From assembly GCA_050173015.1 (NCBI GenBank), contig JBFXLE010000004.1, positions 200,133 through 264,132 of the forward strand: a stretch of DNA of 64,000 nucleotides, given 5' to 3'. Origin of the DNA: Calditrichaceae bacterium (GTDB lineage Bacteria; Calditrichota; Calditrichia; Calditrichales; JBFXGD01). The translations under genes and the position numbers were made by a program. Positions within the stretch are counted from its first letter, which is position 1, and each line of letters starts with the position of its first letter. Under the pieces are notes generated by a model, which was not told the origin of the DNA, ran no database searches, and worked only from the letters and a program-made list of their open reading frames with translations. Positions 39,772-50,836 of the stretch are shown here, piece by piece.

Positions 39772-41310
39772 ATGTTAAAAATAAAAGAGAGCACTCAATC
39801 ACATAAACTAAAAGCAGTGGTGATAGGTTCGGGTTTTGGAGGTTTGGCTGAAGCAATTCGCTTGCAGGCCCGTGGTTTTGAAGTCACCATCATTGAGAAG
39901 CAGGATAAGGCAGGCGGCAAAGCTCATCAGATAAAAAAAGACGGGTATGTGTTTGATATGGGACCGTCACTCATCACAGCTCCGGATATCATAAAACGGG
40001 TTTTTGATGCGGCCGGAAAGCGGATGGAAGATTATATCGATCTGATCCGTCTCGATCCCGGTTACAGGATCTATTTTCATGACGGAACACATATTGAGTA
40101 CACCTCCGATTCACAAAGAATGAAAGAACAAATGCGCGCGTTCCATCCCGGCGACGCGGAAAACTATGATGAATTTATGGAACAGACGCGAAAGCTGTAT
40201 CATGCGGTTATAACCGAAGGTATGGGTTCGACACCTTTTCATGATATAAAAAAGTTGATCCAGTTTTTACCGAGAGCCTTGAGATTAAGCGCGCTTACCC
40301 CGGCTTATAGCTTTGTGAAACGGTATTTTGATGACCCCAGACACCGGTTTACTTTTTCGTTTCATCCGCTTTTTATCGGTGGAAGTCCTTTTAAGATCCC
40401 TTCTGTCTATCTGATGATCCCCTACCTTGAAAAAACGGGTGGAATCTGGTTTGCCCGCGGAGGCATGTATAGTCTGGTAGAAGCCTTTGCCAAAGTATTT
40501 GTGGAAATCGGCGGAACGCTTATAACAGGGGTTCCGGTGGAAGAAATCATCACGGAAAACGGCAAGGCAAGAGGTGTCAGAACTTCGACTTCATTTTATG
40601 AAGCGGATGTGGTCATATCCAACGCGGATTTTGCGCATACTTATAAAGATTTAATCAAGTCTGAAGACCGTAAGAAATGGACGGATAGAAAAATCGATAG
40701 TTTAGATTATTCAATGAGCGCGTTTCTAATATATTTGGGAGTGAAAAAGCAGTATCCCAAATTACTCCATCATACACTGATTCTTTCAGAAAGATATAAA
40801 AAATTGGTCACTGATATTTTTGATAAAAAAATACTGCCGGATGATTTTTCAATGTACCTGCACGCGCCTACGCGTACCGATCCGTCAATGGCGCCCGATG
40901 GACATGAAAGTCTATATGTGCTCATACCCGTGGCCAATCTGAAGGGTAAGATTGACTGGGAGAGTGAAAAGAAAAAGTACGCGGATAAAGTCATTGATTT
41001 TCTGGAGAAGGATTTTGGGATGATTGATCTCAGGGAAAATATCGAAGTACAGGAGATTTTCACACCGGTTGATTTCAAAGAAAAACAAAATGCCTATCTC
41101 GGCAGCGCCTGGGGAGTGGAACCAAAGTTGATGCAAACCGCTTATTTCAGGCCGCACAACCGGAGCGAAGATATCAAAAATCTATATTTTGTTGGAGCAA
41201 GCACTCATCCGGGAGCGGGAGTTCCCGGCGTGTTGCTTACCGCGGAAACGACAGAAAATGTAATATTGTCAGATTTTGGATTGCAGCAATTTAATCTAAA
41301 GAGCGCCTGA
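39772..41310 (+). CDS. crtI: Phytoene desaturase
   Basis: [37 protein letters not shown] and [10 protein letters not shown] motifs. Confidence 0.9.
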   Translation: MLKIKESTQSHKLKAVVIGSGFGGLAEAIRLQARGFEVTIIEKQDKAGGKAHQIKKDGYVFDMGPSLITAPDIIKRVFDAAGKRMEDYIDLIRLDPGYRIYFHDGTHIEYTSDSQRMKEQMRAFHPGDAENYDEFMEQTRKLYHAVITEGMGSTPFHDIKKLIQFLPRALRLSALTPAYSFVKRYFDDPRHRFTFSFHPLFIGGSPFKIPSVYLMIPYLEKTGGIWFARGGMYSLVEAFAKVFVEIGGTLITGVPVEEIITENGKARGVRTSTSFYEADVVISNADFAHTYKDLIKSEDRKKWTDRKIDSLDYSMSAFLIYLGVKKQYPKLLHHTLILSERYKKLVTDIFDKKILPDDFSMYLHAPTRTDPSMAPDGHESLYVLIPVANLKGKIDWESEKKKYADKVIDFLEKDFGMIDLRENIEVQEIFTPVDFKEKQNAYLGSAWGVEPKLMQTAYFRPHNRSEDIKNLYFVGASTHPGAGVPGVLLTAETTENVILSDFGLQQFNLKSA

Positions 41311-41327
41311 ACAAAAATGGGGGATGT

Positions 41328-42269
41328 ATGGACCTTTTTAATGATAAATCAATGGAAGCCGCGTTTCGCTATGCCAGGGCGCAAACCGCCCATTATTCAA
41401 AAAGTTTTTATCTCTCGTCGGCAATGTTACCTAAGGAAAGGCGCTGGGCAACGTATGCTCTTTACGGTTTTTGCAGATACGCGGATAATATTATCGATAA
41501 TCCGAGAAACAGGTCTGCCCAGGAGTTAATTGATGAAATCGATTATATGTCGAATGAGCTTGTCATCGCTTACCACAGATGGGAATCTGAACATCCGATT
41601 TTAAAACCTTTTATCTGGGTTGCTCAAAAACACGGAATACCCATTGAATATCCCCTCGATCTGTTGAAGGGGGTAAAAATGGATATTCAAAAAAACAGGT
41701 ATGAAAATTTTGATGAATTGTATCTGTTCTGCTATCGTGTCGCTGGTGTTGTCGGCCTTATGATGACGCATGTTCTCGGATATAAATCAAAAGACGCTTT
41801 CTTCTATGCGGAAAAACTCGGGATAGCCATGCAGCTTACAAATATCCTGAGAGATGTGCAGGAAGACAAGAATATGAACCGCATTTATCTGCCTATGGAT
41901 GAATTGGAAGCCCACGGCCTTGTCACGAAGGATGTGATGAATGAACGGATGAACGGTAAAATGAAAAAATTTATGCGCTTTCAGATTAAACGCGCGCTTC
42001 AGTATTATTCTGAAGCAAATCAGGGTATTCGTCTGCTCAACACAGAGACACAATTCGCGATTTACGCGGCAAGCAGAATTTATGAAGGCATCTTAAAGAA
42101 GATAGAAGCCCGGAATTATGATCCCTTTAAAGGACGGGTTTATGTAAAACAGGGAAAAAAATTCTTGATTTTGCTATTCGAAATAATAAAAACAAAAATC
42201 AATCAGTTTGGAGAATTAATTTTTCCTTCAGCTTATATGGCGGGAATGGATGATAAGGGCAAAGCATAG
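41328..42269 (+). CDS. crtB: Phytoene synthase
   Basis: SKSFY, YGFCRYADNIID, YCYRVAGVVG-like (FCYRVAGVVG) and LGIAMQLTNILRDV.ED motifs. Confidence 0.95.
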   Translation: MDLFNDKSMEAAFRYARAQTAHYSKSFYLSSAMLPKERRWATYALYGFCRYADNIIDNPRNRSAQELIDEIDYMSNELVIAYHRWESEHPILKPFIWVAQKHGIPIEYPLDLLKGVKMDIQKNRYENFDELYLFCYRVAGVVGLMMTHVLGYKSKDAFFYAEKLGIAMQLTNILRDVQEDKNMNRIYLPMDELEAHGLVTKDVMNERMNGKMKKFMRFQIKRALQYYSEANQGIRLLNTETQFAIYAASRIYEGILKKIEARNYDPFKGRVYVKQGKKFLILLFEIIKTKINQFGELIFPSAYMAGMDDKGKA

Positions 42270-42945
42270 TATCTGGGCAGACAAGCTATTTGAAAAGTAT
42301 TTGAATCGTCTATTAAAAAATCATTTTTATTCAATCAATGTGTTGTCAGAGTATCCGGTTATAAAAACCGATTTACCATTGATTATTATACCGAATCACA
42401 GTACCTGGTGGGATGGTTTTCTCATTTATCATTTAAATAAAAGAATTTTTGGCCGCCGGATGTTTGTGATGATGGAGGAGAAACAATTAAAAAAATTCCC
42501 TTTTTTTTCCAAACTTGGAGCTTTCGGTGTTAACGCGAAAAGTGTAAAAAGCATATTAAAATCCCTTAAGTACGCAAACAGCATTCTTAAAAACGCCGAA
42601 AGTATGCTCTGTGTTTTTCCCCAGGGAGTTCTGGAAAGATGGCACAAAAGACCCGTGAAGTATAAAAGGGGTATAGAGAAGATTGTTGAAAGCATGGAAG
42701 GAGATTCGGTTCTGCTTCCGCTGGGTATTCGCGCGGAATTTACCGGCGAGCAACGGCCTGAAATTTTTCTGAATTTCGGAAAATCAATGTTGGTGAATAA
42801 AACAAATTTTCCCGGTATTCAAGCGTTGGAATCACAACATGAACGGTTGTTGGATCAGCTTGAAAACAAAGTAAAAAATGGTGATAAAGGGGAAAAAATT
42901 TTTACGGGAAAAAAATCTCTGAGTGAAAGCAAATTAAAAAGATGA
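42250..42945 (+). CDS. PlsC-family acyltransferase (CruD-like carotenoid glycoside acyltransferase)
   Basis: NHSTWWDG (NHx4D) and FPQG motifs; operon context. Confidence 0.8.
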   Translation: MIRAKHSIWADKLFEKYLNRLLKNHFYSINVLSEYPVIKTDLPLIIIPNHSTWWDGFLIYHLNKRIFGRRMFVMMEEKQLKKFPFFSKLGAFGVNAKSVKSILKSLKYANSILKNAESMLCVFPQGVLERWHKRPVKYKRGIEKIVESMEGDSVLLPLGIRAEFTGEQRPEIFLNFGKSMLVNKTNFPGIQALESQHERLLDQLENKVKNGDKGEKIFTGKKSLSESKLKR

Positions 42946-44078
42946 TAGAGATATCCTTAATTCTGTTGGTATTAATGTTGATCGTTGCTATAGAAAACAT
43001 AGTGAACGGACCTGATTTGCGAAAAAAGCAGGACGGGAAAGGTTTTCTGAAAGTTTCCATATTGATCCCGGCGCGTAATGAAGTAGATGTTCTGGAATCA
43101 TGTCTCGAAAGTCTGGTTAAACAAAAATATGCAGATTTTGAAATTATTGTTTTGAATGATCAATCAACTGACAGCACAGGTGATGTGATAAAACAGTATG
43201 CCGGAATGTATCATACAGTACGCGGGGTTGAAGGAAGTCCGGTTCCTGACGGATGGATCGGAAAAAACTGGGCGTGCTGGCAGCTAAGCCTTGAAGCTTC
43301 GGGAGATATTTTATTTTTCACTGACGCGGACACTATTCACAGACCCGATTCCGTTTCTCACGCGGTAAGCTGGATGCAATCCCGACAGGCTGAGGCTTTT
43401 TCAGTTTTTCCCCAACAAATCACAGGGACGACGGCTGAAAAATTATTGGTGCCGTTGATAGATTTTATTCTCTATAGTCTTTTACCGCTTCGGCTGATAT
43501 ATAAATCATCTTTTCCTTCGCTGTCCGCCGCAAACGGGCAGCTGCTTGTTTTTACCAGGCGGGCGTACAACAGCATAGGAGGACATCAGGCGGTAAAAAA
43601 TAAAATTGTGGAAGATGTGGAACTGTTCCGAAAGGCAAAATCAATAAAACTAAAAGCTATGACGGTAAGCGGAACCGGAGTCGTTTTCTGCAGAATGTAC
43701 AGAGGGCAACGACAGTTAATGAACGGATTGACTAAGATTTTGTTTGGGTTGACAGGAAATAAAATCGTAGCGCTCCTGATTTTTACCGGGATCATGTTTA
43801 TGGCAAATCTCTATCCGTTCGTTTACCTGTTTAGCCAGAAATTCACAATCGCCTTATTCATCCCGGCAGGTATGGTTTTAATAATCAGGCTGGCAGTGGC
43901 ATTAAGATACCGGCACCCGGCTTTTATTAGTGTTTTTTTGCATCCGCTGGCGGTGACAATCATTATTTTTATGGCCTTTAATTCATTTTTAAAAACAAAA
44001 TGGGGTCGTTTCGAGTGGAAGGGTCGCGACATTGTTCTGAAAAAAATTAATCATTATCCGAATCATATTATAAAATGA
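42942..44078 (+). CDS. GT2 glycosyltransferase (CruC/CrtQ-like carotenoid glycosyltransferase)
   Basis: IPARNE, DQSTD, GW.GK.WAC.QL, FTDAD, ANGQ, VEDV and CRMY motifs. Confidence 0.85.
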   Translation: MIEISLILLVLMLIVAIENIVNGPDLRKKQDGKGFLKVSILIPARNEVDVLESCLESLVKQKYADFEIIVLNDQSTDSTGDVIKQYAGMYHTVRGVEGSPVPDGWIGKNWACWQLSLEASGDILFFTDADTIHRPDSVSHAVSWMQSRQAEAFSVFPQQITGTTAEKLLVPLIDFILYSLLPLRLIYKSSFPSLSAANGQLLVFTRRAYNSIGGHQAVKNKIVEDVELFRKAKSIKLKAMTVSGTGVVFCRMYRGQRQLMNGLTKILFGLTGNKIVALLIFTGIMFMANLYPFVYLFSQKFTIALFIPAGMVLIIRLAVALRYRHPAFISVFLHPLAVTIIIFMAFNSFLKTKWGRFEWKGRDIVLKKINHYPNHIIK

Positions 44079-46408
44079 AGAACTTAAAATATTTAATACT
44101 AATCATCTTTTTAATATCGTCAGCTCTGGCTGATGCTACCGGCCGAATCACCGGAAGGATTATCGATCGGCAGACCAAAGAACCGCTCGCGGGAGTGAAT
44201 GTGAGTTTACTCCTGACAAGCCTGGGATCTTCATCCGGGGAGGATGGGCGGTTTTTGATAAGTAATGTGCCGGAAGGCACACATCGACTTGAGTTTACTT
44301 ACGCGGGTTACCAAAAACGAGTCGTGTCTGATATTCCTGTTACCTCCGTTAAAGCCGCTATCGTAAATATACAGCTGATTGAGGAGATTTATGAAGGTGA
44401 AAAAATTATAGTGACAGCCGGTTATTTTTCGGAAGAAACGCAAGTTCAGCCGGGTGTCTTTTCATTGTCAAGAGAGGAAATCCGCAGATTTCCGGGGGGA
44501 TTTGAAGATGTGGTTCGTACTGTTTCCACATTGCCCGGAGTCGCAATAAATGTAACAGGTGGGAGAAATGATCTCCTTGTGCGCGGCGGCGGGCCTTCTG
44601 AAAATCTGTATGTAATTAACAATATCGAAATACCAAATATAAATCATTTTGGCGGACAGGGAACCGGCAGCGGTTCTCTGAGCTTTCTAAATCTTGACTT
44701 TGTAAATAATGTCAGTTTTTCAACAGGTGGTTTTTCAGTGGACTACGGCGATAAAATGTCGTCTGTATTGGAATTGACTATGACTGAAGGGCGTTCAGAC
44801 AGGATCGGCGGCAAACTTCTGCTATCCGCGACACAATTTGGTTTAAATGGCGAAGGGCCTTTGGGAAATAATGGTAATTTTATTGTATCCGCCCGGAAAA
44901 GTTACCTGGATCTGATTTTTAAAGCGGCCGGATTACCCTTTATTCCTGTTTATACGGACTATAATGTTTTGTTAAATTTTCAACCAACTAATCGGGACAG
45001 GATTGTGCTTTTGGGATTAGCCGCGGTGGACCGGGTGGAACGGGATCAGAGCTCTCAGGAAAATCGCGTAACGAACTCCGGCATCCTCGGAAACTCGCAG
45101 AATCAGTTTATCGCGGGAATGGATTACAGACACCTTTTGAACAGCGGCTATATAAATCTGACAACAAGCTGGAATTTGAATCAATTTCGTCTGAATCAGA
45201 AGGATGAAAATGAAATTGATTATTTTAACAGCAGGGCAGATGAACAAGAGCTGAATTTAAAGCTACAGCATTTTACGCTTATGAGTAAAAAACTGGGGAT
45301 TAAGACCGGATTATCCCAAAAGTTTATTTTCAGTGACAATCAGTCTGTTTTTGCGGACAGCATTTTTGACAGAAACGGGAAAAAACTGCCGGTCGAAGCG
45401 ATCGGTGTCAGTAAAGAAAATTTTCAAAATATCAGTGCATCCAAATCAGCACTGTTTTTTGAAGCGGAATGGTTCGCGAATAAAAATGTGACCGTGAAGA
45501 GCGGATTTCGCGCGGATTACTTTTCCTTTCTTGAACAGCCCCTCTATATCGCGCCCAGAATGGCTTTGAAATATCAGATATCGCCCCGGTTTCAATTGAA
45601 GACAAGCGGAGGCGTTTACTATCAGTCCCCGTCCTATGTGTGGCTTGTGAATCGGGAGAACAGATACCTAAAAGCGCTTGAGAATAAAATGATTGTCGCG
45701 GGTTTTGATTATCTCCTTCGGGAAGATACCAGGGTGTCACTGGAGACCTATTATAAACGTTACGACAATTTGCCCTCAGGGGCTGCTGCCGGTCTGAATG
45801 ATTACCTGGTAATAACCAACACGGGAACTTCTTACGGAGGGCGTGATGATGATTTCCAGTCCTTCGGTTATTTTCCTCTTAAATCATCCGGAGATGGTTA
45901 CGCGTATGGATTCGAATGGCTGGTTCAGAAACGGTTTTCTGATATACCGCTTTATGGACAGATGAGTTTTTCGTATGCCAGGTCCGGGTATAAGGCAGAA
46001 AACGGTAAGATTTATCCCGGTCAGTACGATCAGCGGGTCATCTTCAATATATCAAGCGGTTATATATTTAATAAAAAGTGGGAGATGAGCGGAAAATTCA
46101 GATATTTTACCGGGATTCCCTATACGCCGGTTTACAGACCGTCAGAAAACAATATTCAACCCGGATCCGTTCAGAATTTACCGGATGAATATCTTTCGGG
46201 GAGACTTGCCCCGGCGCATCATCTGGACTTACGGGTTGACCGGTATTTTAACTTTCCCAAATGGATGTTGATAATATTCGTAGACATCCAAAATATCTAT
46301 AACTTTAAAATTCCGTCCCCTCCGGAGTATGATTTTTGGGAAGATAAGATTGTCACCGCGTCGAACATTGGAATATTACCGTCAATTGGTATCAGCTTTG
46401 AGTATTAG
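44075..46408 (+). CDS. TonB-dependent receptor 1
   Basis: Signal peptide, carboxypeptidase-regulatory-like N-domain, plug (LPGV...RGG), beta-barrel, C-terminal FEY. Confidence 0.9.
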   Translation: MKNLKYLILIIFLISSALADATGRITGRIIDRQTKEPLAGVNVSLLLTSLGSSSGEDGRFLISNVPEGTHRLEFTYAGYQKRVVSDIPVTSVKAAIVNIQLIEEIYEGEKIIVTAGYFSEETQVQPGVFSLSREEIRRFPGGFEDVVRTVSTLPGVAINVTGGRNDLLVRGGGPSENLYVINNIEIPNINHFGGQGTGSGSLSFLNLDFVNNVSFSTGGFSVDYGDKMSSVLELTMTEGRSDRIGGKLLLSATQFGLNGEGPLGNNGNFIVSARKSYLDLIFKAAGLPFIPVYTDYNVLLNFQPTNRDRIVLLGLAAVDRVERDQSSQENRVTNSGILGNSQNQFIAGMDYRHLLNSGYINLTTSWNLNQFRLNQKDENEIDYFNSRADEQELNLKLQHFTLMSKKLGIKTGLSQKFIFSDNQSVFADSIFDRNGKKLPVEAIGVSKENFQNISASKSALFFEAEWFANKNVTVKSGFRADYFSFLEQPLYIAPRMALKYQISPRFQLKTSGGVYYQSPSYVWLVNRENRYLKALENKMIVAGFDYLLREDTRVSLETYYKRYDNLPSGAAAGLNDYLVITNTGTSYGGRDDDFQSFGYFPLKSSGDGYAYGFEWLVQKRFSDIPLYGQMSFSYARSGYKAENGKIYPGQYDQRVIFNISSGYIFNKKWEMSGKFRYFTGIPYTPVYRPSENNIQPGSVQNLPDEYLSGRLAPAHHLDLRVDRYFNFPKWMLIIFVDIQNIYNFKIPSPPEYDFWEDKIVTASNIGILPSIGISFEY

Positions 46409-46452
46409 ATGTAGAGTGTTTTGCCATTATGCGAATTGAATAAAGAGTCAGA

Positions 46453-47175
46453 ATGAAAGAAAAATCAATTTTATTGTCATTGGTATTTACCCACAAAGAT
46501 TCCATAAAACTTCTGGTCCTATATGTATTAATGATCGCCGGAGGCATATGGCATCTTTTGGGATGGTTTCAACCGGTTATGCAAAATTCGGCATCACTGG
46601 CCATGGGATTGATCACGCTCTGGATTGTTTATGAATATTACGGGCTATACCAATCCGTGAAAAAGAATGACCGGGATAAAAGAAGTGATTTTTTTCGTTT
46701 ACTTATATGGATCATGTCAGTTTTTATTATTTCTATTGCCATTGAAGAGATTGGCGTATCTACCGGTATGATTTTCGGCGAGTATAAATACGGGGAGACG
46801 CTCTTTCCGTTTTTTATAAATGTCCCGGTCGCGATCGGATTTTCCTGGATAAATCTTTTGCTCGGATCCATGGCGGTGGTCAGTGTGATAATTCCCGGAT
46901 ATTCCCGCGCGAATCCTGTTCTGATTTCTATAATGATCGCGGTATTGATGGTCGTGTTCGATTTTCTGATGGAGCCCGCGGCCATAAAGCTGGGTTATTG
47001 GGAATGGAAAGATAGCATGATTCCGGTCTGGAATTATCTTTCCTGGTTTGTCTTTGGGTTTTTGTTTGCCTGGTCCGCCTTCGGAACAGGTATATTGAGA
47101 CGGGGAATTCCCGGCATTACGATGCATGCCTGGTTCGCGCAATTAGCTTATTTTTTTATGGTTACCCTAAAATAA
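46453..47175 (+). CDS. cruF: Carotenoid 1,2-hydratase CruF-family protein
   Basis: E.IGV.TG.IFGEY.YG, VP..IG..W, D..MEP.A..LGYW.W and P..NY..W motifs. Confidence 0.8.
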   Translation: MKEKSILLSLVFTHKDSIKLLVLYVLMIAGGIWHLLGWFQPVMQNSASLAMGLITLWIVYEYYGLYQSVKKNDRDKRSDFFRLLIWIMSVFIISIAIEEIGVSTGMIFGEYKYGETLFPFFINVPVAIGFSWINLLLGSMAVVSVIIPGYSRANPVLISIMIAVLMVVFDFLMEPAAIKLGYWEWKDSMIPVWNYLSWFVFGFLFAWSAFGTGILRRGIPGITMHAWFAQLAYFFMVTLK

Positions 47176-47185
47176 GGTCTTACGG

Positions 47186-47938
47186 ATGAACACGCTTTCA
47201 GAGACATCAAGAAATTCGGGTGGTTTAATGATAGCTTTTGGGATCATTTTTACCTGGGGTATTAGTCTGATATATTTACTGTCTCTGCATATTAAATGGT
47301 CGATGTTTTTCTGGATTCCGCTGGTATTATGGCAGACTTTTTTCTATACCGGTTTGTTTATAACCGCTCATGACGCGATGCATGGCAGTGTATATCCGCG
47401 AAATAGAAAATTAAATGACGCCATAGGCGCCATGGCGGTTATGTTATATGCTTTGTTTTCATACAGGAAATTAAAGCAGAAGCACTCCGAACATCATCAG
47501 TTTCCGGGGACCCGGAAGGACCCTGATTTCCATGACGGGCATAAAAGAGGCATTGTAAGCTGGTATTTTCATTTTTTAAGAGGCTATATCGGCTGGACAC
47601 AACTGACCGGAATGGCGGTTATTTTTAATATTCTTGAACATTTGTTCAATGTACCGGTTCTGAATTTGCTTGTTTTTTGGATTATACCGTCGCTTATGAG
47701 CACGGTCCAACTGTTTTATTTCGGCACCTATCTGCCGCACCGTGAAACGGAGATCGCCTTCGCGGACCGCCACCGGGCGAGAAGTAACGATTATCCGGTA
47801 TTCTGGTCGTTTCTCACGTGTTATCATTTCGGATATCACTTGGAGCATCATCTTGTTCCGTCGGCTTCCTGGTGGAGATTGCCGGTGGTGAGGAATAAAT
47901 TGAAAGATCGTTTATTGATGCAAAATAAGGATGAATAA
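47186..47938 (+). CDS. crtW: Beta-carotene ketolase (fatty acid desaturase fold)
   Basis: [18 protein letters not shown]...[15 protein letters not shown] and [12 protein letters not shown]...WW.LP motifs. Confidence 0.85.
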   Translation: MNTLSETSRNSGGLMIAFGIIFTWGISLIYLLSLHIKWSMFFWIPLVLWQTFFYTGLFITAHDAMHGSVYPRNRKLNDAIGAMAVMLYALFSYRKLKQKHSEHHQFPGTRKDPDFHDGHKRGIVSWYFHFLRGYIGWTQLTGMAVIFNILEHLFNVPVLNLLVFWIIPSLMSTVQLFYFGTYLPHRETEIAFADRHRARSNDYPVFWSFLTCYHFGYHLEHHLVPSASWWRLPVVRNKLKDRLLMQNKDE

Positions 47939-49440
47939 TGAAAAAAATTATTGTCATAGGAAGCGGATTTGGAGGTTTGGCCGCGGCCAACAGGCTTGCG
48001 TCCATGGGACATGAGGTTCATATTTTCGAAAAACGTGACCGTCTGGGCGGAAGGGCGTATCAGTATGAAATAAACGGTTTTAAGTTCGACGGCGGACCCA
48101 CGGTGATAACAGCGCCGTATATTTTTGATGAAATTTTTGAAGCCGCCGGGAAAAAGCGTGATGATTATTTTAAGCTTGTGCCGCTCGATCCATTCTATCG
48201 TCTGTTCAATCACGAAGGACGTTCTTTTGATTATCGTCATCTTTTTGAAGACACGCTAAAGGAGATCGCCAAATGGAATCCCTCAGATCAGGAAGGATAC
48301 CGAAAGCTACATAAACATACGCGCTCCATATTTGAATTTTTTCACCCCTATACCGATCAGCCATTCCTAAAATTGAGCGAGATGCTAAAAATTATGCCTC
48401 AGGTGATTCGATTGGAAGGGTACAGGGGCACCTACGGCTATGTCTCCAAATTTATCAAAAATGATTTTCTCAGAAGAGCGTTTTCATTCCATCCTCTTTT
48501 GATCGGCGGTAATCCGTTTGATACGCCGTCGCTATACACGCTCATCCTCCAGTTCGAAAAGGAGTGGGGCGTCCATTATGCCATTGGCGGAACCGGAGCG
48601 ATCGTTGATGGGCTTGGCAGATTGTTTGCCGAATCAGGAGGAAAGGTCCGATTAAACACGGAAGTCAGTAAAATTCTTGTAAAGGGTCACCGTGTGACGG
48701 GGGTAAAATTAGCAGACGGGACCACACATGAGGGGGATATCATAGTCAGTAACGGAGATGTCGCGTTTACTTACAGAAATCTCATCGAAGAAAAATACCG
48801 TCGAAAATATTCCAACAAAAAAATAGAACGCATGGACTACAGCATGTCCCTGTTTGTAATCTATTTCGGGACGAAGAAAAGATATCTTGATTCCAAACTT
48901 CACCACCACAATATCATATTGAATAAAAGGTATAAAGGACTTCTCAAAGAAATTTTTAACGGTCATAAGATGCCGGAAGACTTTTCTCTCTATCTTCACA
49001 TGCCGACGCTAACCGATCCGTCTATCGCTCCGGAGGGTTGTGAATCTTTTTATGTCCTTTCTCTGGTGCCCCACCTTGATTCCGGTGTGGACTGGAAGAC
49101 GGCAGCCAAACCATATCGTGATAAGATTATGCAATTTCTTGAGGATAATTATTTGCCGGATTTACAAAATAATATTATCGCGGAACACTATATCGATCCT
49201 TTACATTTTCAGGACACACTCAACAGTTACAAAGGCGCGGCTTTTTCGGTAAAACCAAGTTTAATCCAGTCCGCGTATTTCAGGCCGCACAACCGGTCTG
49301 AAGATTTAGAAAATCTTTATTTCGTCGGCGCCGGCACTCACCCCGGAGCCGGAGTCCCGGCGGTGTTGTCTTCGGGAAAGATAACGGCAAATTTGATACA
49401 ATCATCAAACGGGACGGGAAAAAATGACAGAATTCTTTGA
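47938..49440 (+). CDS. crtI: Phytoene desaturase, second paralog
   Basis: [34 protein letters not shown] and THPGAGVP motifs. Confidence 0.9.
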   Translation: MKKIIVIGSGFGGLAAANRLASMGHEVHIFEKRDRLGGRAYQYEINGFKFDGGPTVITAPYIFDEIFEAAGKKRDDYFKLVPLDPFYRLFNHEGRSFDYRHLFEDTLKEIAKWNPSDQEGYRKLHKHTRSIFEFFHPYTDQPFLKLSEMLKIMPQVIRLEGYRGTYGYVSKFIKNDFLRRAFSFHPLLIGGNPFDTPSLYTLILQFEKEWGVHYAIGGTGAIVDGLGRLFAESGGKVRLNTEVSKILVKGHRVTGVKLADGTTHEGDIIVSNGDVAFTYRNLIEEKYRRKYSNKKIERMDYSMSLFVIYFGTKKRYLDSKLHHHNIILNKRYKGLLKEIFNGHKMPEDFSLYLHMPTLTDPSIAPEGCESFYVLSLVPHLDSGVDWKTAAKPYRDKIMQFLEDNYLPDLQNNIIAEHYIDPLHFQDTLNSYKGAAFSVKPSLIQSAYFRPHNRSEDLENLYFVGAGTHPGAGVPAVLSSGKITANLIQSSNGTGKNDRIL

Positions 49441-50836
49441 GCTTGGATTTTCACAAACAAAAAATGAAATTCAACTGGACTCCATCCCGGTTAAAGGTGT
49501 GATTCCACCATGGCTGACGGGGACATTGATTCGCAACGGGCCCGGCACTTTTAATGTTGGAAATAGAAGTTACCGTCATTGGTTTGACGGTCTGGCAATG
49601 CTTCACAAATTTTCATTCAAAACCGGTGAAGTGTCCTATTCGAATAAGTTTCTAGAATGTAAGGCATATAACGAGGCAATGGAGAAGGGGAAGATATCGT
49701 ATTCTGAATTTGCCACAGATCCCTGCCGTTCGCTGTTCGGAAAACTAACGGCGGTCTTTAATCAAAAAATCACCGACAGCGCCAAGGTCAATGTAGGGCA
49801 GATAGGGGAGCAGTTTTTGGCGCTTGGCGAAACTCCGATGCAGATCGAATTTGATCCGATCACCCTGGAATCGCTGGGTGTGTATAAATATGAAGAGAAA
49901 TTTAAACAGCATATCACCACAGTTCACCCGCAATTCGATTTTAAAAGCGGTGAAGTGTACAATTTGGTAACACGATTTAACCGGATCAGCCACTACAGGA
50001 TTAAACGGGTTTTGGATGGCCGTTCTGAGGTGGCGGCGGAGATACCTGTAAAAGAACCGGCTTATATACACAGTTTCGGTATGAGTGAAAAATATCTAAT
50101 TCTGACCGAGTATCCTCTGGTGGTAAATCCGCTCAAATTATTGTTTCAGATCAAGCCGTTCATCGAGAATTTTATCTGGAAGCCCAAAAATGGCGCCCGC
50201 TTTCTTATCTTTGAAAAGAAAACAGGCAAATTAGCGGCTGAAGTCAAAACCGATGCCTTTTTCGCTTTTCATCATATCAACGCGTTCGATGATGGAGAGG
50301 ATCTTGTCATCGATATTAACGCGTATCCCGATGCTGACATTATTCACGCATTTTATCTAAACAGATTGAAGGACAAAAAATCCCGTCTGCCATTCGGAGA
50401 ATTCCGTCGTTATCACCTCAATCCGGCAAACGGAAGCATCCGATATGAAAAGATCTCCGATGAATGCATCGAACTGGCGAGGTACGATTATGAACGGCTG
50501 AATATGAATAAAGACTATCGGTATGTTTACGCCGTCAGCGTCAATAAAAAGGCGCCGGAGGGATTCTATAATCAGTTAGTAAAAATAGACATACACAATA
50601 AGAAATCTAAAAATTGGTTTACTGAACATTGCTACCCGGGAGAACCGGTATTTGTCGGCAGGCCCGGACGTACAGATGAAGATGAAGGAGTGGTGCTTTC
50701 GGTGGTGCTAAATGAAAAAAAGGGAAACTCGTTTTTACTCATTCTTGACGCGGCTACATTCACTGAAATTGCCAGAGCAGAAATCCCGCATCCCGTATTG
50801 TTCGGTTATCATGGAGAATTTTTTGATCAAATTTAA
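49424..50836 (+). CDS. Carotenoid cleavage oxygenase (RPE65/CCD family)
   Basis: G.L.RNGPG and HWFDG; four Fe-ligand His (TVHP, YIHSF, FHHINAF, YHG); EPVFV. Confidence 0.92.
   Translation: MTEFFELGFSQTKNEIQLDSIPVKGVIPPWLTGTLIRNGPGTFNVGNRSYRHWFDGLAMLHKFSFKTGEVSYSNKFLECKAYNEAMEKGKISYSEFATDPCRSLFGKLTAVFNQKITDSAKVNVGQIGEQFLALGETPMQIEFDPITLESLGVYKYEEKFKQHITTVHPQFDFKSGEVYNLVTRFNRISHYRIKRVLDGRSEVAAEIPVKEPAYIHSFGMSEKYLILTEYPLVVNPLKLLFQIKPFIENFIWKPKNGARFLIFEKKTGKLAAEVKTDAFFAFHHINAFDDGEDLVIDINAYPDADIIHAFYLNRLKDKKSRLPFGEFRRYHLNPANGSIRYEKISDECIELARYDYERLNMNKDYRYVYAVSVNKKAPEGFYNQLVKIDIHNKKSKNWFTEHCYPGEPVFVGRPGRTDEDEGVVLSVVLNEKKGNSFLLILDAATFTEIARAEIPHPVLFGYHGEFFDQI

Noticed and set aside
50712-50810. Longer N-terminus of TBDT2 given in the ORF track
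   Set aside because: It would overlap the oxygenase by 125 nt. ATG 50811 gives a normal signal peptide.
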